DNA from: a virus
Taxonomy: Duplodnaviria; Caudoviricetes
Length of the DNA stretch: 33,495 nucleotides
Virus record (IMG/VR): IMGVR_UViG_3300042397_002089
Coordinates: 1-33,495 of that record
Reading direction: 5' to 3' (one strand)
The notes under the pieces are model-generated. The model did no database searches. It worked only from the letters and a program-made list of their open reading frames with translations, and was not told the origin of the DNA. The first letter of the stretch is position 1, and each line of letters begins with the position of its first letter. The translations under genes were made by a program, and so were the position numbers. Below are positions 26,418 through 33,495 of this stretch, piece by piece.

Positions 26418-28313
26418 ATGGACACCGATTTCCAAACACTTGTGGGAGATATCCGCCAGGACATTGCGTCCCGACGGGCATGGGCGGATCGTCAATCCAT
26501 CTGGTATCAGATGCGACGGGACGGCCTCCGACGCAAGGTGAAGCCCTTCCCAGGTGCGGCCGACATGCACTTTCCGCTAGTCGATTCGGTCATTGAGAAG
26601 CTCAAGCCATTCTACATCAATCAACTCTTCGCAACCGAACGGCTGGCGGACTTTATCTCGAAGGATCCCCAGGCCGGCGAAAGCGTCACCGATGCGGCCT
26701 GGTGGTTTGATTTCAAGCTCAAGCAGAAGAGCAACCTGGAACAGGAAATCTGCTATGTCTTCGACGGCATGCTTCAGAACGGCCGGGGCATCGCCAAAAT
26801 CACCTGGGACACGGAGAAGAAGGCCATCCGCTTTGACTCCATCGAGCCGATCTATGTGATCGTCCCCCCGGACACCGAGAGCCTTTGTTGCGCCGACCGG
26901 ATCGTGCATGTCCAGCACCTCTCCAAGTGGAAATACCAGAATGGTCCAGGTTGCGAGAACAGGAATCAGGACAAGACGTTCATCGAACGGATCCTGGGAG
27001 GCAAGGCGGACAACGAGGCCACCCTTCTAGAGGCCACCAAGAAGACCCGCGAGGGAGTCACCCATACCTCCCTTCCCGACACCATCATCATTTGGGAAAT
27101 CTACGAGCGGACCAAGGAGGGGTGGACGATCCACACCATCTCCCCCTACCTGGAGGACGAACCGATCCGCCCAAGCTACGGCCTCCCCTACAACCACGGG
27201 GAGGCCCCCTTTGTGGACTTCACGATGGAGGAGACGGACAAGAGTTATTACTCGCCCCGCGGAGTCACCGAGATTCTGGCCCCCTACGAGTCTTCCCTGA
27301 ACAAGATTTGGAACGAGAAGCACGACGCGATGTCCTTCTTCAACCGGCCTCTCTTCTACGCATCCAGGGACATCCCCAATGCCGGCAACATCCGGATGAG
27401 GCCTGGTGACATCCTCCCCTTTGAGATCCGTCCGGTGGACCGGGGCGCTCCCCCCATGTCCTGGGACCAGGAAATGATCAACACCCGCATGATCGCTGAA
27501 CAGCGGATCGCCATCCCCGACTTCGGAACAGGCCAGTCCATCAACACCAGCGAGCGGAAAACGGCCACCGAGATCGACCAGATTTCAGCCTCCATGTCCA
27601 CCATCGTTGACATGCGAAGCCGACTCTGCCGGCGTCAACTTGGGAAGCTTTACTCCCAGGCCTGGAGTCTCCTGACCCAATACGACAAGGATTGCGACTT
27701 CCTCAAGGGGGATGCCCTCAAGCAGTTGGATGTCAAAGCCAAGGAGGCCGTTCTTTCGATCCAACCCAACGGATCCTCCGATTCTTGGAACCAGCATGCC
27801 CGGATGAAGAAGGCCATCAACCGGAAGCACCTTCTTGGCAACTCCCCCTTTGTGAACCAAGGGGAACTGGACAAGAGCATCCTGGAATTGGATGAGCCGG
27901 GACTGGTCAAGCGTCTCTTCATCGAACCTCAGACCAAGCAACTCGACCAGGTTTCCCGGATCATGATCACGATCCCGGCGCTGGAAGAGGGCCTTCCGGT
28001 CCCCCTTCAGCAGGACGATGACGACGCGATCCAGGCCGAGTTCCTTCTGGAATACCTGGCGCGAGAGGCCAAGGCCCAGAAGCAACTCACTCCCCAGGGA
28101 CAGAAGGCGCTTCAGGACAGGCTGGCCGCCCACATGGAACGGCTCAAGCAGAGCAATCCCAAGGCCGCCGCGGCGCTCAAGGCCAAGGGAATAGCCATCA
28201 CCAAATCACTCCAGGCCGAACAGGCCCAACAGGACCAACAGCCTAACCAGGATCAGGTCGGCCAACTCCCCCAGGCCGGCCAGGGGATGGAACAAGGAGG
28301 GATCGCGGCATGA
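26418..28313 (+). CDS. Portal protein (P22-like)
   Basis: 631 aa directly after TerL; KTATEI motif; long helical Q-rich C-terminus. Confidence 0.82.
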   Translation: MDTDFQTLVGDIRQDIASRRAWADRQSIWYQMRRDGLRRKVKPFPGAADMHFPLVDSVIEKLKPFYINQLFATERLADFISKDPQAGESVTDAAWWFDFKLKQKSNLEQEICYVFDGMLQNGRGIAKITWDTEKKAIRFDSIEPIYVIVPPDTESLCCADRIVHVQHLSKWKYQNGPGCENRNQDKTFIERILGGKADNEATLLEATKKTREGVTHTSLPDTIIIWEIYERTKEGWTIHTISPYLEDEPIRPSYGLPYNHGEAPFVDFTMEETDKSYYSPRGVTEILAPYESSLNKIWNEKHDAMSFFNRPLFYASRDIPNAGNIRMRPGDILPFEIRPVDRGAPPMSWDQEMINTRMIAEQRIAIPDFGTGQSINTSERKTATEIDQISASMSTIVDMRSRLCRRQLGKLYSQAWSLLTQYDKDCDFLKGDALKQLDVKAKEAVLSIQPNGSSDSWNQHARMKKAINRKHLLGNSPFVNQGELDKSILELDEPGLVKRLFIEPQTKQLDQVSRIMITIPALEEGLPVPLQQDDDDAIQAEFLLEYLAREAKAQKQLTPQGQKALQDRLAAHMERLKQSNPKAAAALKAKGIAITKSLQAEQAQQDQQPNQDQVGQLPQAGQGMEQGGIAA

Positions 28314-28648
28314 ACCCGATCAGATTCCTCAGGGCCATCCGGTTTGCCCTTTCCACCAATAGCGCCTGGGTGGACGGAGCGGAATGGACAGGAGCAGACG
28401 AGGCGGCGCTCACCTCGTTCCTGGCCGGCGAGACAGGACGCAAACTCACCTCGCGACTCCGAAACTCCTCCCTGAGCATGAACGCCCAGGCCGTGCAGGA
28501 AGGGAGCGCCCAGGGATGCGGCCGTGCCGCGGGATACATGCTCGCCATCGCGGACATCCAAACACTTTCGGCCAGCGCTTCGCCGCAAGAAGCGCAATCC
28601 GAGCAAGCCGGCGACGGGTCCGGTTTGCTTGAACACCTCAACCCGTAA
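28310..28648 (+). CDS. Small head-module protein
   Basis: Between portal and scaffold; ATGA-coupled. Confidence 0.55.
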   Translation: MNPIRFLRAIRFALSTNSAWVDGAEWTGADEAALTSFLAGETGRKLTSRLRNSSLSMNAQAVQEGSAQGCGRAAGYMLAIADIQTLSASASPQEAQSEQAGDGSGLLEHLNP

Positions 28649-28662
28649 CAGCAACCATTTTC

Positions 28663-29577
28663 ATGGAAGCAGAAACACCAGAGACGGGAACCAACCTCAC
28701 CGAGGGCGACCTTTTGGAATTGGCAATGAAAGCCGATTCCAACCAGGGATTCGTACCCGATGAGGAGGAGGCGCAATCCCCTTCCGAGACGCCGGCGGAA
28801 GAATCTCAAACCGAGGAGCAATCCTCAGAAGACAACGACCCCGACCAGGGGCCGGAAACCAAGGAAGCAGAGGCATCCAAGGAGGAGGAATCCTCCGAGG
28901 AGAGCAAGTATGCCAAGGCCAGGAAGGAGCAGGAGCGCCAGGATCGTTCCTGGAAGAAACTGGAGGAGGAGAAGGCATCACTCAGGAGCGAGCGTGAAAA
29001 GTTCGACCGGGAGCGCCAGCAAATCACCCAGGAGAAAGCCAAGGCAAAAGAGTATCGGGACTCCACCGGCTACACCGCGGAGGACTACGAGAAGTTTGCC
29101 AGGGAAACCGACGATCCCTCACTAGCCGAAGAGGCCAGCAAGAGGGCGGATGCGCTTCGCTCCGAGGCGTCGGAAGCCAGGAACAAGGTGGCCCAGGAGG
29201 ATTTTGCCAAGGGGTGGCAGGAGAACCTGAACGCGCTCTTGTCCCAGGATCCCGAACTCCACAACAGGGAAAGCGACATCGGGAAGGAACTCAGCAAGGT
29301 CCTGGCCGAACGCCCCCTCTTCTCAGCAACACCGGACGGCATCAGGCATGCCTACGAGTTTGCGAAGGCAAGGCAGTCGGCCTCTTTGGTTTCCGGCCTC
29401 AAGGATGAGGTCTCAAAACTCAAGCAAGAAAACGAGCGATTAAACAAACTCACCGGCCTTTCGGCCAGCGGACCCAACCAGAAACCCTCACCGAAAACCT
29501 TCTCCGAAATGACGAGCAAGGATCAGGAGCGGTTCCTCGAAAGGGCCGCGGCTGAAGCGGACGGGATCGCTTACTAA
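28663..29577 (+). CDS. Capsid scaffolding protein
   Basis: Highly acidic N-terminus, coiled coils, C-terminal FSEMTSKDQE; directly upstream of the capsid gene. Confidence 0.75.
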   Translation: MEAETPETGTNLTEGDLLELAMKADSNQGFVPDEEEAQSPSETPAEESQTEEQSSEDNDPDQGPETKEAEASKEEESSEESKYAKARKEQERQDRSWKKLEEEKASLRSEREKFDRERQQITQEKAKAKEYRDSTGYTAEDYEKFARETDDPSLAEEASKRADALRSEASEARNKVAQEDFAKGWQENLNALLSQDPELHNRESDIGKELSKVLAERPLFSATPDGIRHAYEFAKARQSASLVSGLKDEVSKLKQENERLNKLTGLSASGPNQKPSPKTFSEMTSKDQERFLERAAAEADGIAY

Positions 29578-29595
29578 CCAACCAATTCAAGCACT

Positions 29596-30597
29596 ATGGC
29601 AACAGCAATAACATCAGTCGGAACGGGAACGGCCGGCATCACCAGTCAGTTCCAGACCAAGTTTTCCAAGGATCTCTTGGAAAAAGCAGTCCACACCCTC
29701 CAGCTTCACCAGTTCGCCCACCAGGCGGATCTGCCCAAGAATGTTGGCGGGAAATCAATCCGCTTCTTCCGCCCAGTCCAGGCCGACACGGCAAACGTCC
29801 AGACCCTGACGGAAGGAACGCCCCTCACCAACTTCACCCAACTGACCTACGAGAACATTGATTGCAACCTTGCCCAATACGGCGAGGCCATCAAGTTCAC
29901 GGACATCATCGGGTGGACCAGTCTTCTCAACGTCATGAAGGACGGCATCACCCTCATGGGTGAGGATTGCGCCATCAAGGCCGACGACATCACCCTGAAC
30001 GCCATCATGGCCGGCACGGGTGACGGAGCGGTTGTGAAGCGCTATTCAGGCGGAACAACCACCTACGCGACCTTCAACCCGCTTTCCCAGTCGGCCGGCA
30101 AGTTCAGCTACACGGATGGACTCGACGCCATGACCAACCTGAAGCTCAACAAGGCTCCCAGGATCAATGGTGAGTACATCGGCATTGCCTCCCCCCGCAT
30201 TGCCCGTGACCTCATGACCGACACCAACTGGATCAACGCGAGCGCTTATAGCGCTGTCCAGCAGTTGTTCAAGGGTGAAGTGGGATCCCTGGGTGGAGTG
30301 CGCTATGTCCTCTCGACCAACGAGTGGATGGAGACGGCTGGAACAGAGAACACCAGGACGCTCACCGCGGCCAGCTCCAACAACTACGCCACCATCTTCA
30401 CCGGAAAGGGTGCCTATGGAGTGCCGAAGCTTGCAGGGACCAGTCCCTACAAGCCCCAGGTCATCATCGCGGACAAGGCCGATAAGTCGGATCCGCTCAA
30501 CCAGAACATGTTCGTGGGCTGGAAGGCCTACTACGGCGCTTGCGTCCTGAACAAGAACTGGATCGTCAAGACCCTCAGCAAGTCGGTTTACGCCTAA
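29596..30597 (+). CDS. Major capsid protein, N4-gp56 family
   Basis: LPKN.GKSIRF.R, LTEGT, QYG, GEVG...GVR, DPLNQ...GWKA motifs. Confidence 0.9.
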   Translation: MATAITSVGTGTAGITSQFQTKFSKDLLEKAVHTLQLHQFAHQADLPKNVGGKSIRFFRPVQADTANVQTLTEGTPLTNFTQLTYENIDCNLAQYGEAIKFTDIIGWTSLLNVMKDGITLMGEDCAIKADDITLNAIMAGTGDGAVVKRYSGGTTTYATFNPLSQSAGKFSYTDGLDAMTNLKLNKAPRINGEYIGIASPRIARDLMTDTNWINASAYSAVQQLFKGEVGSLGGVRYVLSTNEWMETAGTENTRTLTAASSNNYATIFTGKGAYGVPKLAGTSPYKPQVIIADKADKSDPLNQNMFVGWKAYYGACVLNKNWIVKTLSKSVYA

Positions 30598-30610
30598 TCA
30601 ACCTGGTGAT

Positions 30611-30634
30611 CCAGGGGGGAGCAATCCCCCCTGG
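30611..30634 (+). terminator. Strong GNRA-tetraloop hairpin after the capsid gene
   Basis: Perfect 10-bp stem CCAGGGGGGA-GCAA-TCCCCCCTGG; no immediate U-tract. Confidence 0.55.
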
Positions 30635-30667
30635 TGATCCAACTCTTTCCAATGAACAGCTAATCTT

Positions 30668-30952
30668 ATGGATCTCACCATCCCACTCAAATCACTCAGG
30701 ATCCCCGGCCAGTTCTCCGACGAGGAGGCCAAGGAGGGGGAACTCCCTGAGGTCAACGATCCGGTTTCCTTCAACGTGGAGGCCGTCGTCAAATCCATCA
30801 GCGGCGGCAATGCCGTCGTCAATGTCCGTTTCATCAACGGGGAGCGCCCAGGCCACAGCAAAACCGAGGAGGAATCCGAGGAACCTATGGACACCTCCGA
30901 GGATGACCTAGCCAAGGCGGCCAAGATGGCCGACGAGGAAGCCTACTCCTAA
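30668..30952 (+). CDS. Small acidic virion-module protein
   Basis: In the late operon after the capsid gene; short beta-rich core with acidic tails. Confidence 0.6.
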   Translation: MDLTIPLKSLRIPGQFSDEEAKEGELPEVNDPVSFNVEAVVKSISGGNAVVNVRFINGERPGHSKTEEESEEPMDTSEDDLAKAAKMADEEAYS

Positions 30953-30967
30953 ACCCTGCCCAGGATC

Positions 30968-31249
30968 ATGCCCATCTACACCTACGAAAACCGGGAAGCC
31001 GGCCTGAAGGTGGACCTTTATCGAAGCGTCGATGAACGCAACGATCCGGTTTACCTGAACGGACACATGCTGATTCGATCCAGCTTTGTCCCGGAGCGTG
31101 TGGGTGTGCTGATCCCAGGGGCAAGCCAGGACGACTCCTTCAACACCAGGATCATGCAGAGTCACTACAAGAAGGAGCAGGCGGAAGGGGCACGATTCCG
31201 ATCCTCCTACACCAAAGAGCAAATCAAGGAAGCCTGGTCCACCCCATGA
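30968..31249 (+). CDS. FmdB-like small protein lacking Zn cysteines
   Basis: MPIYTY start typical of the FmdB family, but no CxxC pairs. Confidence 0.55.
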   Translation: MPIYTYENREAGLKVDLYRSVDERNDPVYLNGHMLIRSSFVPERVGVLIPGASQDDSFNTRIMQSHYKKEQAEGARFRSSYTKEQIKEAWSTP

Positions 31250-31686
31250 TCCAACCCGCCACCAAGAATGCCCGGATCTATTCCGAGGCCATCCAGTATT
31301 TGGGAGTCGTCGAACTGGACGGACCCAAGACAAACCCGCTTATCAGGTCATGGATCCTCCAGTCTGCTAAATGGCTGGACCAGGACGATTCCAAGACTGC
31401 CTGGTGCGGTTGCTTCCGCGGGGCCATTGGCATCGCCACGGCCACCGGCGCTCCCGAAAACCATTTCAGGGCGGCCTCCTGGAGGCAATGGGGCATTGCG
31501 GTGGACAAGCTGGAGAACGCCATCAAGGGGGACACCCTCATCTTCACCAGGAGGGGCGGATTCCATGTCGGCCTTTTTTCCGGCCTCTCTGACAACGGAA
31601 ACCCTCTTGTCCTTGGGGGGAACCAAAGCGACAGCGTGAGCATCGCTGAATACGACAAGGATCATCTCCTCTCCATCCGACGCTAA
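31246..31686 (+). CDS. TIGR02594-type NlpC/P60-CHAP cell-wall hydrolase (endolysin candidate)
   Basis: LGVVE..GP..NP.I, D..TAWC (Cys), A.SW..WG, GFHVG (His), VLGGNQSDSV. Confidence 0.85.
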   Translation: MIQPATKNARIYSEAIQYLGVVELDGPKTNPLIRSWILQSAKWLDQDDSKTAWCGCFRGAIGIATATGAPENHFRAASWRQWGIAVDKLENAIKGDTLIFTRRGGFHVGLFSGLSDNGNPLVLGGNQSDSVSIAEYDKDHLLSIRR

Positions 31687-31687
31687 T

Positions 31688-32422
31688 ATGGGCAACGACA
31701 TTTCACCAGGCTACATCTACAACACCTCCACTCAGAAGAACGTCACCGCGGCCAACCTTAACCAGGCAATCGGTGATTCAATCCTGAAGGAGACGGCCAT
31801 CAGCGCCAAGACCCTGAAAACAGCCGCGGCCTCCGATGAGATCCTGGCAAGTGACGGATCGGGGACGCTCAAGAAGATCACGGCCAACGCCATCGCGGCC
31901 CTGGCAGTAGCCCCCACCATCCCGACGGAGGTTCCGGCCGGCATCATTGCCAACTTTGCGGTCAACTCAACCCCGACCGGATGGCTTCCCTGCAACGGCT
32001 CGGCCGTCCTGATCAGTTCCTATTCCACCCTTGCCACGGCCATGTATTGCGGGGATGCCAACAACGCAACGGCCCTCTTCGGCTACAAGGTGACGGATTC
32101 GGGCGGACTGACACGATCCACCTCCGGGACATTCATCGTGCTTCCCGATCTTCGCGGCTACTTCGTCCGCGGATTCGATAATGGGCGCGGGATTGATTCA
32201 GGGCGGACCTGGGGAACAGCCCAAACCGATGCCATGCAGGGCCACTCCCATACGGGCAGGGGCGTTGGTGGGTCGGGCGCTCTATCGGCCGGATCAGCAA
32301 CCAACATCGTTGCCGCTGGAAACACGGGATCCCCCATCACGGACGGGACCAATGGGACACCCAGGACGGCCGCGGAAACCAGGCCGGTCAATATCTCGCT
32401 CGGCTATTACATCAAGTTCTGA
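31688..32422 (+). CDS. Tail fibre protein with tail-collar domain
   Basis: VPAGII..FA....PTGWLPCNG, LPDLRGYFVRG.D.GRGID.GR..G..Q.DA.Q.HSH, ETRPVN. Confidence 0.88.
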   Translation: MGNDISPGYIYNTSTQKNVTAANLNQAIGDSILKETAISAKTLKTAAASDEILASDGSGTLKKITANAIAALAVAPTIPTEVPAGIIANFAVNSTPTGWLPCNGSAVLISSYSTLATAMYCGDANNATALFGYKVTDSGGLTRSTSGTFIVLPDLRGYFVRGFDNGRGIDSGRTWGTAQTDAMQGHSHTGRGVGGSGALSAGSATNIVAAGNTGSPITDGTNGTPRTAAETRPVNISLGYYIKF

Positions 32423-32424
32423 CC

Positions 32425-32643
32425 ATGACCATCTACCACTACGACCAGGAGACCGGGGAACTGATAGGCCAGGGAGAGGCGGAAGTTTCCCCTCTCGATC
32501 CGGAGAACTATCTGATCCCGAAATGGTCCACCCCGATCCCGCCTCCAGAAACCACGGAAGGAAAGATCGCCACGTTCACCCAGGGATCCTGGATCCTGGT
32601 TGATCCGGTTGTCACAGACAACCAGCAAGACTCAACAAACTAA
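32425..32643 (+). CDS. Tail fibre assembly chaperone
   Basis: IYHYD..TGE..G...A..SPL......IP...T...PP......F....W pattern directly after the collar fibre. Confidence 0.78.
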   Translation: MTIYHYDQETGELIGQGEAEVSPLDPENYLIPKWSTPIPPPETTEGKIATFTQGSWILVDPVVTDNQQDSTN

Positions 32644-32668
32644 CACCAAACTAACACCAAACTAACAC
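32636..32668 (+). repeat. Perfect 11-bp tandem repeat (CAAACTAACAC)x3
   Basis: Copies at 32636, 32647 and 32658, spanning a stop codon and the leader of the next gene. Confidence 0.9.
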
Positions 32669-32672
32669 CACT

Positions 32673-33215
32673 ATGCCAATCGTCCCCGCAGGATACCAAG
32701 CCGTTTCACAGGGCACAGAGAACTTCTCGCCCATCGTCATCTCAAATCTCGACTTCACCAGGCCAGCCAACACGACTGCCTATGTCGCGGGCGCGGCCAT
32801 CAGGCCCCCGATGACTAGCGTACAAACCTTCTCCAATGTGATCCCGGTCGCCGGGGGGTCGGGCTACATCGTCGCGGCACGAGGAGTGACCAATCAGGCC
32901 AGCTTCAGCGCCACCATCCGGCTCCATCTCTACACATCAGGAGTCTCCGCGGATGACCAAAACACCACATGGAGCTCCGGCCTTTGGGCCTCCAGGGCCA
33001 GCCGGATCGGCTTCATCGACTTCGGCGGCTGGCAGACCTCCGGAAGCGGTGATTCGGCCTACACGATGGGATCCTTCTCGGGATCTGGCAGTTCGCTCCC
33101 CTTCACGCTGGCAAGCGGATCGACCTCGCTATGGGTTATCCCTGAAGTCCGCGCGGCCTTCACGCCGACTAGCGGCCAGGGATTCTTCTTCTCGCTCAAG
33201 ACCCAGCTCGCCTGA
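32673..33215 (+). CDS. Putative virion structural protein
   Basis: TRPANTTAY.AG motif; S/T/G-rich beta-sandwich character; in the tail cluster. Confidence 0.6.
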   Translation: MPIVPAGYQAVSQGTENFSPIVISNLDFTRPANTTAYVAGAAIRPPMTSVQTFSNVIPVAGGSGYIVAARGVTNQASFSATIRLHLYTSGVSADDQNTTWSSGLWASRASRIGFIDFGGWQTSGSGDSAYTMGSFSGSGSSLPFTLASGSTSLWVIPEVRAAFTPTSGQGFFFSLKTQLA

Positions 33216-33218
33216 GCC

Positions 33219-33495
33219 ATGCCGATCTCCGCGGGGACCAACATCATCCTGAGAGGCGGCCAGGACCCCGACGCCCTGGCCTACTTTGCGCGTGCCGGGA
33301 TTGCGAGCGGCACCCAGACGCCGTCGAGCTACGACAATGCGGCGAGTTTTAATGGGACGAATCAGTTTTTGAGAATAAGTGACAACGCATCGCTTCGATT
33401 AGCTGGAACCGATTTCACAATATCTCTTTGGGTAAGACCAACGGTGCTTGCCGGTGGCTTCCTTGTGTCAAAATGGTCTGGCGGAAACGATTATG
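33219..33495 (+). CDS. LamG/concanavalin A-like tail or receptor-binding protein (5' part, truncated by window end)
   Basis: Manual translation MPISAG...DPDALAYFARAG...AASFNGTNQFL.......L....DFTISLWVRP, a LamG-type signature. Confidence 0.72.
   Translation, partial: MPISAGTNIILRGGQDPDALAYFARAGIASGTQTPSSYDNAASFNGTNQFLRISDNASLRLAGTDFTISLWVRPTVLAGGFLVSKWSGGNDY

Noticed and set aside
31688-33495. Diversity-generating retroelement or invertible tail-fibre cassette
   Set aside because: No reverse transcriptase, invertase, TR/VR pair or inverted crossover sites seen in the window
1-33495. Alternative genetic code / stop-codon recoding
   Set aside because: Genes tile densely under the standard code, and TAA, TGA and TAG are all used as stops

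Overview
This window is most of the genome of a temperate, short-tailed (podovirus-like, P22/Sf6-style gene order) dsDNA phage, apparently circularly permuted, with no host genes. Order on the + strand: the end of an unknown gene, two holin-like genes, head-tail adaptor, tail hub/nozzle, two ejection-type proteins and a 3,680-aa polyvalent virion protein. That giant protein carries ParB-like, ADP-ribosyltransferase-like, LPD5/zincin/LPD1, 'EELQSD' and second zincin modules. It is followed by a non-coding region with a helically phased ATGTCCC array and an intact attP (3' end of a tRNA-Ser flanked by TGTCAG arm-type sites), then a tyrosine integrase. Next come a divergent pair of paralogous ribbon-helix-helix regulators in place of CI/Cro, and an early operon (Xis-like HTH, micro-ORFs, Red-beta/RecT, Cas4-like DUF2800 nuclease, DUF1064 nuclease, DUF1376 initiator with internal iterons, DnaC-like loader). 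The late operon has TerS, TerL, portal, scaffold, N4-gp56-type capsid, a TIGR02594-type lysin and tail fibre genes. Most notable signals: the twin-RHH switch, the phased ATGTCCC array next to the ParB-bearing injected protein, recurring [FY][FY]SxK motifs at module boundaries of the giant protein, and about 5-fold genome-wide over-representation of GGATCC. Family assignments come from recalled motifs and synteny, not database searches; motif counts are manual.
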